A stretch of DNA of 64,000 bases, taken from contig RHPI01002076.1 of NCBI GenBank assembly GCA_009103225.1, positions 150,205-214,204 of the forward strand, written 5' to 3'. The stretch is from Chlorokybus atmophyticus. Its lineage: Eukaryota; Plantae; Mesostigma and Chlorokybus algae. Position numbers and translations under genes: made by a program. This document shows, one piece after another, positions 1 through 13,520 of the stretch; position 1 is the stretch's first letter, and each line of letters begins with the position of its first letter. The notes beneath the pieces were generated by a model. That model was not told the DNA's origin. It was given only the letters and a program-made list of their open reading frames with translations, and did no database searches.

Positions 1-744
1 GAAGCTGTCTGTATGGCTACTGACAGCGGTGGCGGTGGTGGTGGAGGCGTTGGTGGCATAGGCGAAAGGAGGCCAGGTTAGGGCGTGTAGCTGGATTTGT
101 TCACCTTGGCTGGCTGGTGAGTGTCGTGGGCGTCATGGAGGCTGCGTTTTGCTGACGCTCATGCAAGCCCACCCGATCAGACCAGTGGACTTGGTGGCCA
201 CTTGTTCGTAAACCCCTAGCCCACTGCCAGGCAGATAGCGGTGCAAAGGTGCTGTAAGAGTTAAGAAATGTGCTGTTATTGACGCAATGTATAATGGCTT
301 GTTGCTCCTTCTTCGTCTCAAGACTGCCGGTCAGCGAGCGGTTGTCCATGCAGCACAGTGGTAACACCTTGCTGAGCATCGCAACCAAGTGACATTGGCT
401 TTCATATATCATAAAAGCCAAGGTTGTTGTCACTGCATGCCACTTGTGTCACGCAAGCTGTGTGGGGTCACCTTTGTTGAGTCAGCGAGTGTCTACTCGG
501 CTGCACTCTAGGCTGCAACTGAGCGTGTTGCTTCACCTTGGTCAGCTACTGTTTGCTTAGCTGCGTTGCCTCCAACTGCACCTGAGTGTTTTAACTGCAA
601 CAGATCAAGTGTAATAGTGCCTGCGTGCAGTTGTCTAGTGTTCATTGCCCATGTCCCAAACATTCTCAACTTTGCTCTGCTTGCTTCTCAGCACTGCATG
701 CAGGTCTGATGCGGGGAGGGGTACTCCGAGAAAGTGCCAGCGGC

Positions 745-1383
745 TGTGTTTACAGAACGGCGACCTACTGCGCTTGATCATTAAGTTCTTATGTCTTATT
801 TTCAAGAGATGGCGCGAGACGTGTTCGGTGTCAACAAGCAATGGAAGCAGGCATTTGGTGATGTTCGGGACGAGTACTATCATCGTATATGGCCGCTGCA
901 CGTCATGCTGGGGACTCGCGTGCAGCTTTTACAAGATGAACGCGTGTGAACGGTATCTGGTCCAACCTCTCACGCAAATGCTTAGGAGCTTAGATATGTG
1001 GCCTTCGTCATGGTGCGCTACAATCGCAGTTTCCGCGTGCCGTACGAGTCGCCGCTGTTAGATATGGAGTGGAATGGCGACATCGTTACGCTAACGCGGA
1101 GTCAATGGAGACTGTGCTTGGGTCCAGCAACGCAGGAGACAGTGCACTGCAGTCTATAGGTGGTGTGATAGCTGACCGAGTTATGCTTGACATCTTTGTA
1201 GTGAGGGCATCAGCTCGGATGGAAAGATGCAAATTCCAGCTACGCAGTACTTTCTTCCCGTACGACATGTTTACGGACGGCAGAGGCATGCTGCGCTATG
1301 AGGTGTGCATCACCACAACCGAGGCAAATAGCTACCTTCTTGCAGGAGGCCTTCACATTGGCATGTTTGGTCTGATTGCATGA
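745..1383 (+). pseudogene. Decayed F-box-like gene remnant
   Basis: Joining frames gives LQNGDLLRLIIKFL/MSYFQEMARDVFGVNKQWKQAF..., which resembles the F-box consensus (LLxxIxxxL...VxKxW). It continues through frameshifts and stops to ADRVMLDIFVVRAS...GLIA* (ORF 1069-1383). Motif resemblance only. Confidence 0.3.
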
Positions 1384-2014
1384 AGCAGTTCAGGGGCCAT
1401 TTGATTAATTGCAGATGCGCCGCGCGTCAAGCGGCTTGTCGTTGAGGCACCATCATGGTATGTCGATGATCAGTACTACTCTGGACAGAAGATGCCATCA
1501 CAGTGTATTGTAGCATAATAAAACCGTAATGTACGAGCAACACAGGGCAACATGTGCACTTGCAATGTTGACCGGGCATGGGTACCTGAGAGCTGTTATC
1601 TGGCCAGCTTTTGTCCACTACACCACTGCTAGTGTTTCAGAACGCATGCACGCGTGCGTTCGTGCATGTGTAAGCACGTGCGCTTGCGTGCGTGTCTATC
1701 ATTGCGCGTGTGCACGCGTGAGAGCGTGTGTAAAGTGTGCGTGTGCGTCTCGCATAACCAACGTAGAATTGTATTATTGCAACCACATGACACCGGTCTA
1801 GCATGGTTGTCGCTTGTAAGCAACAACGTTGCGGTCATCTGGCAAGCTTGAGTGTGGCAGGCTGCAACACGCGGTCAGTTTGCTTATGGCTGTACAGTCC
1901 AACAATTAGAGAGCTTGACACGTTCACATTGCTGATTTCTACTGCTTGAACCCAAATCCGGACCCGAACATAGGCTATGCTATCATTTCGAACGTTTCAG
2001 ACTTTCAGACCTCA

Positions 2015-2926
2015 GGCAGATGACTCTGACTCAGAATCGGATTCACTCTACTCTGAATCGGATTCAGACGTTGCAGACGTTTCAGACTTCACCTCCGATA
2101 CTTTCGGTCTCTTATGCAGGAATTGGTTGAGCTCCTGCGCTTTGTCAAGGTGATGGAACAGGACTTCGAGCACCGGCTCTGTGCAGCAGTCGCTCAGGTG
2201 CTCCTTCTTCAAATCAAGTCTGCTTGAAGGAACTTCAGCTTAGAGATGGCGCGCTGGCGAAGGCTCTGCAGGTTGTATGCGTCCGCCAGCGCAGCCATCC
2301 TTGCCACACATGTGAGGTCAGATGGACCCGTTCGCTTAGTGAGAAGGACTTCACAGCGGTCGTACAATATCGTCACATCATACTTCCTGGCCAACTCCAG
2401 CAGTTCAGCGGCTTCGGCCTGCAAACAAACATGCAGCATTTGTCAACAACAGAGAAGTAAAGCAGGTACTTGAACAACCGGAGAAAGTGGATGGCTTGGT
2501 AAGAACTGCTCATGCATGTCAGCCCAAACGTACAATGGAGTTGATCTTTTGGTCTGGTAATGTCATTGGGCACAGCTGCTGCAAGAACTGCTTTATTGTC
2601 TTCGCTTTGTCGTCAGGTGAAGTTAATCTGCTCTCGTCCGTTGCCTCCAGCAAGCCCTTCAGCACGCTGCTGTGGCTTGCAAGTAGCCAACAACTGGTAG
2701 GAAACCTCTGGCCTGAGTGGCAGGTGCATGCGGTGTAAGTATGCACAAGAGCAACATGTGCTGCAACAGAAAAGGCACATGCGAGCTGCGAGTAGTACAC
2801 GCGACTGTTGTACATGTGTGTGGCAACACATGCAGATAGTGATGTATCTTGACAAAACGCTCTACCTTCCACCACATGTACAAAGTTGCAGATTTCATCG
2901 ACGTAATGGCCGCTTCCTGGACGGTT
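2015..2926 (-). pseudogene. BTB/POZ-domain gene, copy 1 (frameshift plus nonsense in last exon)
   Basis: Exons 2926-2866, 2712-2534 and 2418-~2015, with GT/AG borders at the same positions as the paralog at 13.5-14.5 kb. Protein: ...VVEG/QRFPTSCWLLASHSSVLKGLLE...DDKAKTIKQFLQQLCP.../AEAAELLELARKYDV...RCE. A 1-nt deletion near 2215 shifts the LKKEHLSDCCTEPVLEVLFHH tail out of frame, and a TAG at 2050-2048 interrupts the Ser/Glu-rich tail. The first exon is unresolved. Confidence 0.75.
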
Positions 2927-2929
2927 CTG

Positions 2930-3154
<225 letters not shown>

Positions 3155-5794
3155 GCCTCTGAATGCGCGCGTGTACAAGATGCGGCAGATGTCATTCATG
3201 CACGTGTCCCATCAGGTGCAACTGTGTGCGTGTGAACTGCGTGTGCGTGTGCATGTGTGTGTCCTTCAGGCACGAGCAAGGCACATGAACGCCTTGACAA
3301 GTTCAAGCCAACCAGTGGCAGATGCACGCCCGTGACGCCCCAAAGACTCGCATGGTGGCACCAAAGGCACGAGCAGTCTGACCCTGTTATTTACTCGGCT
3401 TCTCCATGTCCAGATGGGGTCTAGCCAATGGACCTGCGGTCCCAATAAGACAGAGAGCACGGTCAACTTCATCCAGTGCAGATCCCCTGGTTGGCCCCGC
3501 CTACCATCCTGGCGCTTGCATGCGTACAAACTACGCACAACGCTAGCATGAAATTTCTCAGGTGAAGCGTGGGATGCTGCAAGGTTAAGCATGAAGTGGC
3601 CATTTCAGGCATGTACCGACGTCAGTCACATCACCGGATTTGCAGGAGTTGAAGCCCAATGCCCAATGCCAAACTATAATACCAGCACCTTCTGGCAATC
3701 AGCTCAGTCCTTAGGAAGCTTTTGTAGCTTCCTCGGCAATGTAGCTAGCTTCTGTAGCTTGTCTGGGAAGTACACGACCGCAACATTTGTGGACCTTGTA
3801 CGCATAACACATCAAAGCCCATCTGCCGCACCATCTGTTGTGCCTCCACACAGACAGATTGAACGTGGACTCTCAGGTCGTCATGGGTGCAACTCCTGAC
3901 AGCAGGAGAGAGTTACACGCAGTTGTGTGCCTGTGTATGTATATGGGATTAGAGAGGAGAGCACTCGCTTTACAAGCAGTTACGTGAACAAGTGTGTGAG
4001 GTTGTGTGTGAGAAGATGCACACTGAAGGGCACTGTTCAGAGGTATGCACTCGGGCCGCCCCTGTATATGGGTTCATTCATTCATCAAGCACTGCTGATT
4101 CTGAGTCAAAATCAGCAGTGCTGCCAAGCACATGCACTGCGAGTACAACATGTGTACAGCACGCAGGTATGCATATGACGGCTCGCTAAGTCATCATCTC
4201 TCCAGTTGAGGTGGTGTACAGACATAGGTCAATGAAAACCAGTCTATACTCAATCATACATTGGTCACCCTAGTGGCCTAAGCGCACATGCACAAATGCA
4301 CACGCGCGCGCGTAGATACATGCACAGGTACACCACCTGTGCATGTAGAGATGCAGGCAGAGATGCACACCTGGTAGCTTACTTAGTGATGTCACGTGGC
4401 ACGCCTTTGCAGTGGGATTGACGGGAGCATTGTGTCGTGGAATGTGCAGCAGCTCTCCATCAGAAGCCCTCACCACAAAAGGTGTCCAGCATAACTTGGT
4501 CAGCTGTGACACCAGGTATGGTTTGCAGTCAATGTTGCACTCTCATGCGCGTGCAACGAACTACCTGACAGACCCTATACATCTACAAACAGTGCACTCA
4601 CTGTCCGCAACAGGCACGCACGCACGCATCGACCGTTCACGATACAATCAGTCAGTTACATTATGCACACACGCACACACGCACGCCTGCACACATACAT
4701 ACAGACAACCCCATACGCACATACAACTGCAACGTGCGAGAATAACAGAGTGGTATGCACACGTGCCCATGCCCATGCGCGTCAGTCAGCGCACACATGC
4801 GCACTGTGATGGCACGCTTGCATGCACAGAAACACATGCGCGCGCACGCGTATATACACAACACTGCTTGGCAAAGCCACGGTGCCACACACATACACGC
4901 AAATGCTAACATTGGTGTAGTACAACAATGCACGTGCATCGGCGCGATCACACACTGTCACTCTCCCACTTGTTGGGACTGTCGCTGCCACTAGTTGCAT
5001 GTACCAGTAGACTTTGATGGTTGTGGATGACACAGTGGTCACCACTCTGTCATCTACCATACAGAGACACGGTGTCTATGTGTGATAGCATGCGGCATAA
5101 CAAGAGCGGCGCTTGTTCGTATCATGCACCCAGCGCCACCCGCAGCTTATTCAACTTCACATGCGTCACCAGGAGGCACTCGCACTCGCACATTTCACTC
5201 ACTTCTCTCAACTTCCTCAACTTGAGCTCTTAGAACGCTCTCCCTTCTTAAGACAGCAAGTTGCGCAATAGTCGTCTGAGTGTGTCCAATACTGCTCACA
5301 TCTGTCATTGCACTGCTGCATATGTATATGTATCAAAAGATCTGGAAGCAATATGTGCGATGTGTGTGTGTGTGTGCGTGTGCGCGCCCGCGCGTCAACG
5401 TGCGAGGTAGAGCCCCACAGCACTTAACACACGCGGCATGTACTTATGTGTATAGAGTGTGAGCTATAGCGGCTAATACCAGCGTGAGGACCCTTGGTTT
5501 TGGAAGCGCCTGCTATTGTGGTTGTGCCTGCCAGCAACTCTGCAGTGAGAAAAACGTTGTTCCATAACGCTCTCAACGTTGGTCAGCAAAGGTACAGTCA
5601 TTACACTTGACGGCGGCCAACCTGCAGCTGAGGGTGGTTGCATCCGGCTTTGCGCACTCAAACGACAGGCGACTTCTCGCGTGTATCAATCAACATGCAA
5701 GACGAAAGCCACTACGACGTGGGTGGTTGGCACGAGAAGTAATCTCACACTAGCAACGTACATTTGGGACAAAGTACAACAACGTGAGTCAAGT

Positions 5795-8700
5795 CAAGGG
5801 ATCAGCAAGTGCTTTATCGCATCAGCGTGCGCTGAATCCAGCAAACTTCGAGTCCATCACATCCCAGAACTTCACGGACTTGTAGACAAGGCATGTCGCA
5901 CGGCTTCAAGGCTGGCAGCAGCACTTAATCCAACGCCTGCGCAACATGCTAGCGAACTACACATGACGGTCATGTTACCGTGACTCATGTGGGTTGCCAC
6001 ACCGCACTGCAAAGCCTCCATGTCAGGAATGGTGACAGCCTACAATAGATGCTATGGCACGCCACTGTCGCATGTGTATGGTTCATGCAAATGTCATGAA
6101 CCATTCAACGACCGTCAGGGGGCTCTGATGCGGAAACACACAGAGTCACCTGGTAGAGTCTCAGCCATAACCACTGCATGCATTGTCGTCGTATTTCACT
6201 GCATGACATATGCATATGGTAGATAGCAGGCATTGTGGCACAGTTGAGCAGGCAGTGCATCAGTGAGTGCCAAACGAAACAACTTACAACTTCGCACATG
6301 TATGCAGCGCCAGAGTCAATATTAGCCAACAGTCAACGCATGGCATGCTGGAGTAAAGGAAAGGTGCGCTTCAAGGATGTTGTACTGGCAAGAGAGTCAA
6401 GGGAGCAGCGAGTATGTTCTTGACATCAGCGTGCACTGAATGTTGACAGCGCCCGACAATCCACCATTATGTTGCATGGTGTCCCACGCAAGCACACACA
6501 CACAAGGACTGTCGCGAGTAATAACCCGTTGCTGTTCCTCATTCTTCAAGTAGTGCTGTGTCAGTATTGAAGCAGAAGGCCTCTACACTAGCCAACACTT
6601 TATTGGAGAAACAATATTGTTCTAACACAAAGTCACGCATGTGAAATAGCTTCAGTCATGACAACACGCGCTACCTCCTGCTTGTGTACTGCCATCACGT
6701 TCCTGTCAGTTTTGTTTGCGCTCTGCTCCGTGTCCTCGTGGTGAACCTTGAAACGCAGGATAACTTTCAGCCAAATGTAACACATGCACTGAATGATGCA
6801 TGCGTTTGGCGCTAGCCTAATACTGCAATCCAAAATACGTTGCTGAGTAGTTATTCCCAACCAGAGAAAACAACACGACTGATATGCAGAAAGCAAACTG
6901 ATTGCAACATCATTGCGCCGACAAGCCAAGGGATCAGTGAGTGTTCGTCTGCATCAGCATGTGCTGGCTATGAGGGAAGAATACCCATTACCATCACATC
7001 CCTTGGAGTGCATGCAAGCCTTGCCGAGGTGCATGTGCTGAGCTCCTGAATGCACAAATGTCACGGTAAGGATTGAACAGCTACCATCATGGTGAAGGCA
7101 GCTGTTCGAACCTTACCTTGCGAAGAAACACACCTTTTACTGGTATTGTGCCGCGATGCTGCGCATAGACGTCTGCTTAGCCCGGTGTCTTGTAGCAGCC
7201 TGTCAAGCCTGGAGCGCCACCTTGCATGCGTCAAAAGCAGCATGCTGCTTTTGACGGCGCTGCGCAGTGCCGTGGAGCGCTGTACACCAAAATCGCCTCA
7301 TCGCTGCAGATTGTCAATATAGCTGCAGGCATGGCCCGCATGATACTGTGCAGGCACTATGCCTGGGGCTCACAGAGGAGTTGCCACTGACAATGCGGCT
7401 GCATCATGCTACTTACACGTTGGGTTGAAGCACGCATTGACTCACTGTGCCACTGTTCATTATGCAACCGAGACAACGTACAGGTTTCAAAACGCGCTGC
7501 GTCAAATGGTCCTCAGCGTCCGCCATCCACATTTGACACCTTCATGATGATGTTGCAAACCGCGGGAAAGCAAGCACGAGACGGACTTGAAATGCTGCTT
7601 TCAAGTTGACAGGAGGCTAGCACACTGCCTGCAACAACGCACGCACCAGTGAGTGTTACGACCAACGCACTTTGGGTGCGTATGCGCGCAAAGTGTTACG
7701 AATCTGCACGCAACACATTCCAGCAACTTTGACTAATCACAGACATGCCAAGGGGAAGTCACACAGGCTAAGGGATCAGTGCAAAGTACTCTTCGTAGCA
7801 GCTGTGCTGTATGGAGTGGTATTGGCTTTGAACATCATCTCCCTTCAAGACAAGTCGACCATCATCACACACAACAAAACATACAGTTCACACTGTTGCA
7901 TCATCAGACCGTACCATCCCACCAGGTTGGATGAGGGTGATTGTTGATGTTATTAGCGAAAGCGCTTGAAGTTCTCCGCCGCCATGACTCGCAAGCAGCG
8001 ATGAGTAGCTGCTACTCAGTAGCACCGCCTATGTGTCACTAGTGTAAACTGGTTACTTGTTACGGCATAACGCTACAACATGTGCGTAGGCTTTCATCCA
8101 ACTGACTGCGCAACAGCGCTTTCGTTGCACCACTCGTGGCTCAGAAGTCCCGCAATACACAAAGAGAACCTGAGCAGTCAGAACAAGGATCAGCCAGGAT
8201 GACTTTGCATCATGATGATCAGCCAATGACTGACATCTGTAGTCATCGTATCCGATACGATGACTACACATCTTAGGAGTCCTTAACACGCCACGCAGCC
8301 GCTGCGTGATCAGCGGCTGATCAAGTCACATTGTAATACAGATACGGAGGCACTTTGACTGCACATTTGTTTTGCTTGTGCGAGATGATGCCTGCGCGCA
8401 ATGCAAACAGCTCTGCTCTTGCATTGTTGAAGCGTGATTCACCGCTGCGCACGGACCACAACTTCTCGGCATCCACCATCCTATTCACTCCTCGTACATC
8501 ATGTGGCCAGTGGCCACCTTTGCGAGCGCGGTAATGTTGGACATGCGAGAAACCTTCCAAGTGCGAGAAGTGCTGCTTGAAAGACAAGAGGTTTCAGGAA
8601 CGGCAGTACACTAGGCTTGAATACCCTTTTTGACACACGTGTGGGCAACGCCGCAAGCAGCATTGCTGCCAGCATGCTGGCGCTGAAGCTGCAAGAGTTT

Positions 8701-10790
8701 TTCATCTCGTCTTGACTTTGCCAGTCACCCACAGAGGCCTGCCACTTACGTTGTTAAATTAGCCACTGTGAAAACTACTCTCGTCATGACCAAGGCAAGG
8801 ATCAGGCAACAGCCACCCGCTCATTGCCTTGCACTTTGCATTGACAGCAACTGGGTTCTATGACTGCATCCAAAAGCATAGATCAGGCAACGGGTCACAA
8901 GAGGTCAGGTAGCAGAGAGTGTCTGGCCTGCACTGGTTGTAGGCACTTGTCACGCACTCAGTTAGGGGGCTTACTTGCTCCGATAGATCTGAACGGGAAA
9001 GCCACCACCCCTTTAGCTGCGTTGCTGCATGATGCAGGTAGCGGAACTGGCGATCCCCCATGTGTACATGCTGTGGCGCAGACCATGCGCATACTACGCA
9101 CTTCTTCAAACACCGCCTCAGTCAACTGCGAGGAGAGTCTCCGATGCCCCCACTCCGTGCAGACATGTCTCGATTTGCGTAGGCAGCCATAACTGCTAAC
9201 CGAGGGTATAACCTGCCCGCAGCTTTTTATATTTCACAGCTAGCTGCTCTGCGGGCAGGTTTAGCCTTCGGCTAGCAGGACCGTTTTGCTCAAAGAGTAA
9301 TTTTTTGATCAGGCCGTGTCTCCGCGTGTCTTTGAAGAAGATAATAACCAATCCCAGCACTGTGGCATTTGCCAAACGACCAACCGCCCATCTGTTAACG
9401 TCACCTGCAACCACACATCCTTGAGTAATGTGAACCTACTCAATGGTTCGCATAACGAACAACCACGACAGTGCTGACAGTCGTTACAAGGGATCAGCGA
9501 GTACGGTCGTCAACAGCACGCGCTGAATTTGGTACTATCTAGTAGATCACTTTGCCATCACATCCTTGGCGTCTATACCAGCACCAAGGCTGTGTGAGAT
9601 CGTGTGCTGGCTGGCAAGGCAATGTTGCAGACCTTGCTTGCGGAGGAGATGGAGGAAGCTAGCCTGTCAGTTTTACACTACCAAGCTGGTGCTGTGAGTG
9701 GCGCGATCATGCATCAGATGTGTGTACTTAGCGATGTTGGGCTGGCCCCGTGCGTTCGCCTATGCGCCGGTTGAAAAGTAGAAGCAGATGACAACATGCG
9801 AGTATCAGCACTCAAGGCAAGTGCTTGCACTGCAAGCACTGCAAGTACTTGTCTTGAATGTGATGTTGGCAACACCAACGCTTGTGTTTGCGGCAACTGG
9901 GCAGCACAACGGCAGTGCACTTGCCAATCAAGCACTTGCTGTCTTTTGATGTAGTTCATGAATACATCAGCTCCACCTCAGTTCCTTATGGGTACCTATA
10001 ACCAACATTGTTAGCCCCCCACCCGCCCACCCACCCCACCCCACCCCCACGCACGTACGCATGCCACCAAAGCAGCCATTGCGCATGATGCTGCGAAATT
10101 AACTATCGCATGCGTTTCTGATCACCACTACAGTAAATGCACAACTGGGACAGACAAAGGGGTCAGCAAGTGTTCTTTGCATCAGCGCGTGCTGGTATCA
10201 ATCGGTGTTGGGTCATTTCCATCATAGCCCCTGACATCACGTTAAGCATTTGCACTTTTTTGTTATTCACCAAACAGTTGTTTGAACCAAAGCAGCGGAA
10301 GCCACGATTGTTCATTGGTTGTTTGAGCCCTTTGCGTCGAAGATGGACATTGTTGCCAGCAACTACGATATTATGGTTCCAGCCTGCAGTGCAGACCGAC
10401 ACTGTCACGTGCCCGGCGAAGTACGTACCTGTTCTCACAAGTGTTGCTACCACTGGCGCACCAACAAACTGTTCACACTAGTAACCGCCAAAGCAACCTA
10501 CAACCAAAGCCAGTGTGGCATTGGTCACGATGTCACTAAAGAACACTGAGATAACAATTGATGCATGTCAATTCTTACGTGACAATAAGAACAATGCACC
10601 AGGCTGCTGTAATAAGCCACAATGTTTACCCTTTCCAATGTCATAAGATTCGCTCAACTGGTTGGAACGGTGCAGTATGGCGCTGCATAGCGCATCCAAC
10701 AGCAATTGCTACATAACACGCATGATGATGACGCCATTGGCCAAGCAATCAGCACATCATCTTCGCATCAGCCGTTGCTGCATGGGACTG
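5795..10790 (+). repeat. Degenerate array of about 9 related units (CAAGGGATCAGC...CATCAG core), probably decayed BTB-like coding repeats
   Basis: The core motif recurs at about 5795, 6398, 6927, 7769, 8184, 8796, 9487, 10155 and 10742 (spacing about 400-850 bp). Translations such as FKDVVL...HQRAL, TDCNII...LHQHVLA and SKCSLHQRVL resemble the BTB start (DVxL...HxxVL). There are many stops and indels. Confidence 0.5.
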
Positions 10791-12480
10791 TTGAGCAAGA
10801 CATCATCCGTTGGCCATGAAAGCAGCTAACAGCCAGTACATGACGTGCATTGCTCGCACTGCATAACTTGGATGAAGCTTACAAAGTATGCTAGCAGCAT
10901 CACGCCTGCACTTCAAGAGTTGAAGCTCCTTGCAGCCGCTGTCCATGAGCAAGCGTTGTTTTGCAAATCACAATTCTGGCAAAATTCTTCACCAGGCATA
11001 CTTACGCAGGCACCATGCTAATGATTCTGGCATGCTAACGCGTGCGCTTCACATCCGTGCGTGTGTCTGTGTGGGACATCGTGTGTGTAGAGCTAGACTA
11101 CACGCGTAACACTGCAAACCGGACATGCGACCCACAACTTGCAACACTGTTGCTGTACACATGCGTTGCTGTGCGCCCGCATGTGTACAGAAACGGCACA
11201 CACAGTGTGCATCATGCATACCCATGGCGTGCCCACGTGCCCACGTGTGCGCATGTCGGCAAAAAAAAGTGCACGCGTGCATGAGTGTGCGTGCATGCAA
11301 CTGCCAGTCACTTTGCAGAGGATTAATACATACTGTGTGTGTTGATGCTCTGCAAAGCGAGTATAAGCTGCGTGGCATCTACGCTGCCATGCATTCGGAC
11401 AGACGGAATGCCAATAGCCTTGCGTTCAATCAACGTTACACATTTGGTTTTCATGCAGCGAATGAACAGCAAAGGTTTTAATGTTTTTGAAGTGATGCAT
11501 ACTCTGCGGCAGCAAGCGCAGAGTCAAAGAGCGAAGCGCTTGCGCATGGCAGCTGCCGCGTTAAGCAATACGCTCAGACAATGCTGTATGCAACATGCTG
11601 GGCTTGTAACCTAAGGTGGCAGCGATTTGGCCGAAGATGGCACGCGCGTTGCCGTACCTGCTCACTGGAAGCACGGCAACGCACAATCAGTGCTTTTAGC
11701 ATGCAAGCATGCGTAGCACTCGCAGGTTGCCTGCGAGCAACCAGCACGAATCATCGCGCACACATGTAGTTTGTGCGGTTAAGATTGGTTGTTTTAGGTA
11801 TGCCACAGAACTTTAGTGCAATCTTCAACCTAGCATGCATGGCGCAGGTTTAAGCATGCTAGCGATAAGGGTGAATTTGCCAGTGCATACACCCAGCAGC
11901 CACATGTTGAGGCCAGACGGGCTGTGCCAAAGCAATCGGGCGTTATGCTTGGCGCAACCACAGTCGAGCGCAGAGGTCAGCTGAGGCCGCTATGCATGGT
12001 GACACTGCAGCAACTTATGAAGCTGCTTGAAGGCGACAGCTAGGGTTTGACAAGCCGTACCTGTCCCCTTCACAAAGGTACGTCATATTGGAAGAGAGGC
12101 CCTGCGAGAACAACGCAGATGACAGTCAATTGCCAGTAGTCAAGCCGCAGACTCAGTTATACAAGCAAGTTCTGCCCACTCCGCCTGTAAAAGTCAACTT
12201 AGTGGTAGCCAACGCTTTTCAGCCGGTTACCACAGGACACTTGACCAGTAGCTCTCCCCTCCCGAGCATCGAGCAGCAGATCGTCAGGTCGCCCCTTCTG
12301 GCAGTGCATGTGCAACGGGCAAACCCTTCCTCTCCATGCGATGGTTACTAATACTACCCAGCCAATTGCCTTGCACACTTCATGCCACGTGATTGCCGTT
12401 CCGCCGCTCGCGTGATGAAAGGGTCTCTACTGAGAGCATGCATAATTGGGGCTGAGCTGTCATGCATTCCCAAGCAGCAG
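10700..12480 (+). pseudogene. BTB/BACK-like multi-exon pseudogene ('family Z'), 3' part
   Basis: LQELKLLAAAVHEQALFCKSQF (about 10915) matches LQPLKLFAAAVHQPPLARYCERQLF at 37.4 kb (-), which resembles a BACK helix. Downstream blocks (VMHTLRQQ, PSSPCxGxY, ACIIGAELS) are colinear with 36.8-35.8 kb. Multiple stops. Confidence 0.4.
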
Positions 12481-13520
12481 GACGCAACGCGTTGCAGAGC
12501 TGAGTACACGAGTAGGGCCAACCATCAAGGGTGTCGAGCCTGTGCCCCAAGCGGCGGTGCCGGGATGGGGCGCCCATCCCGCCCACGCCCGCCGGTCTCA
12601 GAGATGGATGCTGCGCACGCCATGGAGGTGTGGTGGGGCGGGGCGGGGCGGGGCGGGGCGTGCGAGGATGGCATCAACTGGCAGTCCTTTACCACCTGTC
12701 AACATCACAAGTGACGACGGACGTCAGTCGTGATGCTTGCACGCACATAGCAGCAGCAAACGGCAAAGCGTGTGACCCGATGCAGCTCTCTTCGTTTTGA
12801 CGTGTATTGAACTGTCGCAGAGGCATTTGTGAAGTGCGTTGGCAGTCAGGCACACGGGCAGGCATGAACGCTGCGTATTGTTTGACTGACAAATGAAGCT
12901 GCACTTCGGCACGTAAAATTGGCAACTGATGTTGGCTCTTTCAAAACACGACTGACGTCGGTACAGGCCTGTCAGGCATGCCACTAATTCTTGAAGGAAA
13001 GTCCTGAAGCCCTTTCTTGGACTGAATTGTGTTGCAGCATTGGACCTTGAAGAGTTTGATGCTTGCGTAGTTTGTGCGCATGCAAGCGCTAAGGTCAAGG
13101 CAAGTAGCTCAATCTTTACTGAATAAAGCTGAGGTGCATTTCGGTGCATTCAGTTTGTCTGCTTGGACGCAGGTTTGCCACCGGTGGACATGGAGAAGCC
13201 AGCCAGCAGGTGGGTCTCTCCCACACAGCGCATATGCGCATGCATGTCCCTGCTGTCTCACGTGCACCAATGCTCCATCTTGTTGCTTTCCTTGAAGTTG
13301 AGTTGGAATGCCCTGCTCCTGCTTGCAGAACACCCAGGTATACACACGCGCACACTGTCCTCACAACTGCACTACATGGGACACATGCATACATGACACT
13401 CATGATATTCACCTCATGTCGTACACGCGCATGCGCATGTACGACATGAGGTGTGCATGTGCGCACATGCACACAGATGCACATGCTGCCCCCCCTCCCT
13501 CTCTCTCTCTCTCTCTCTCT

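Noticed and set aside
101-433. Minus-strand ORF or exon at the window start
   Set aside because: A plausible acceptor and donor exist near 252 and 105, but there is no recognisable product and the context is cut off by the window edge.
5795-10790. CRISPR array or ankyrin repeats as explanations for the recurring motif
   Set aside because: The units are too degenerate and spaced 400-850 bp apart, and the context is eukaryotic. The minus-strand ankyrin-like reading (HADAIKHLL) is not frame-consistent across copies.
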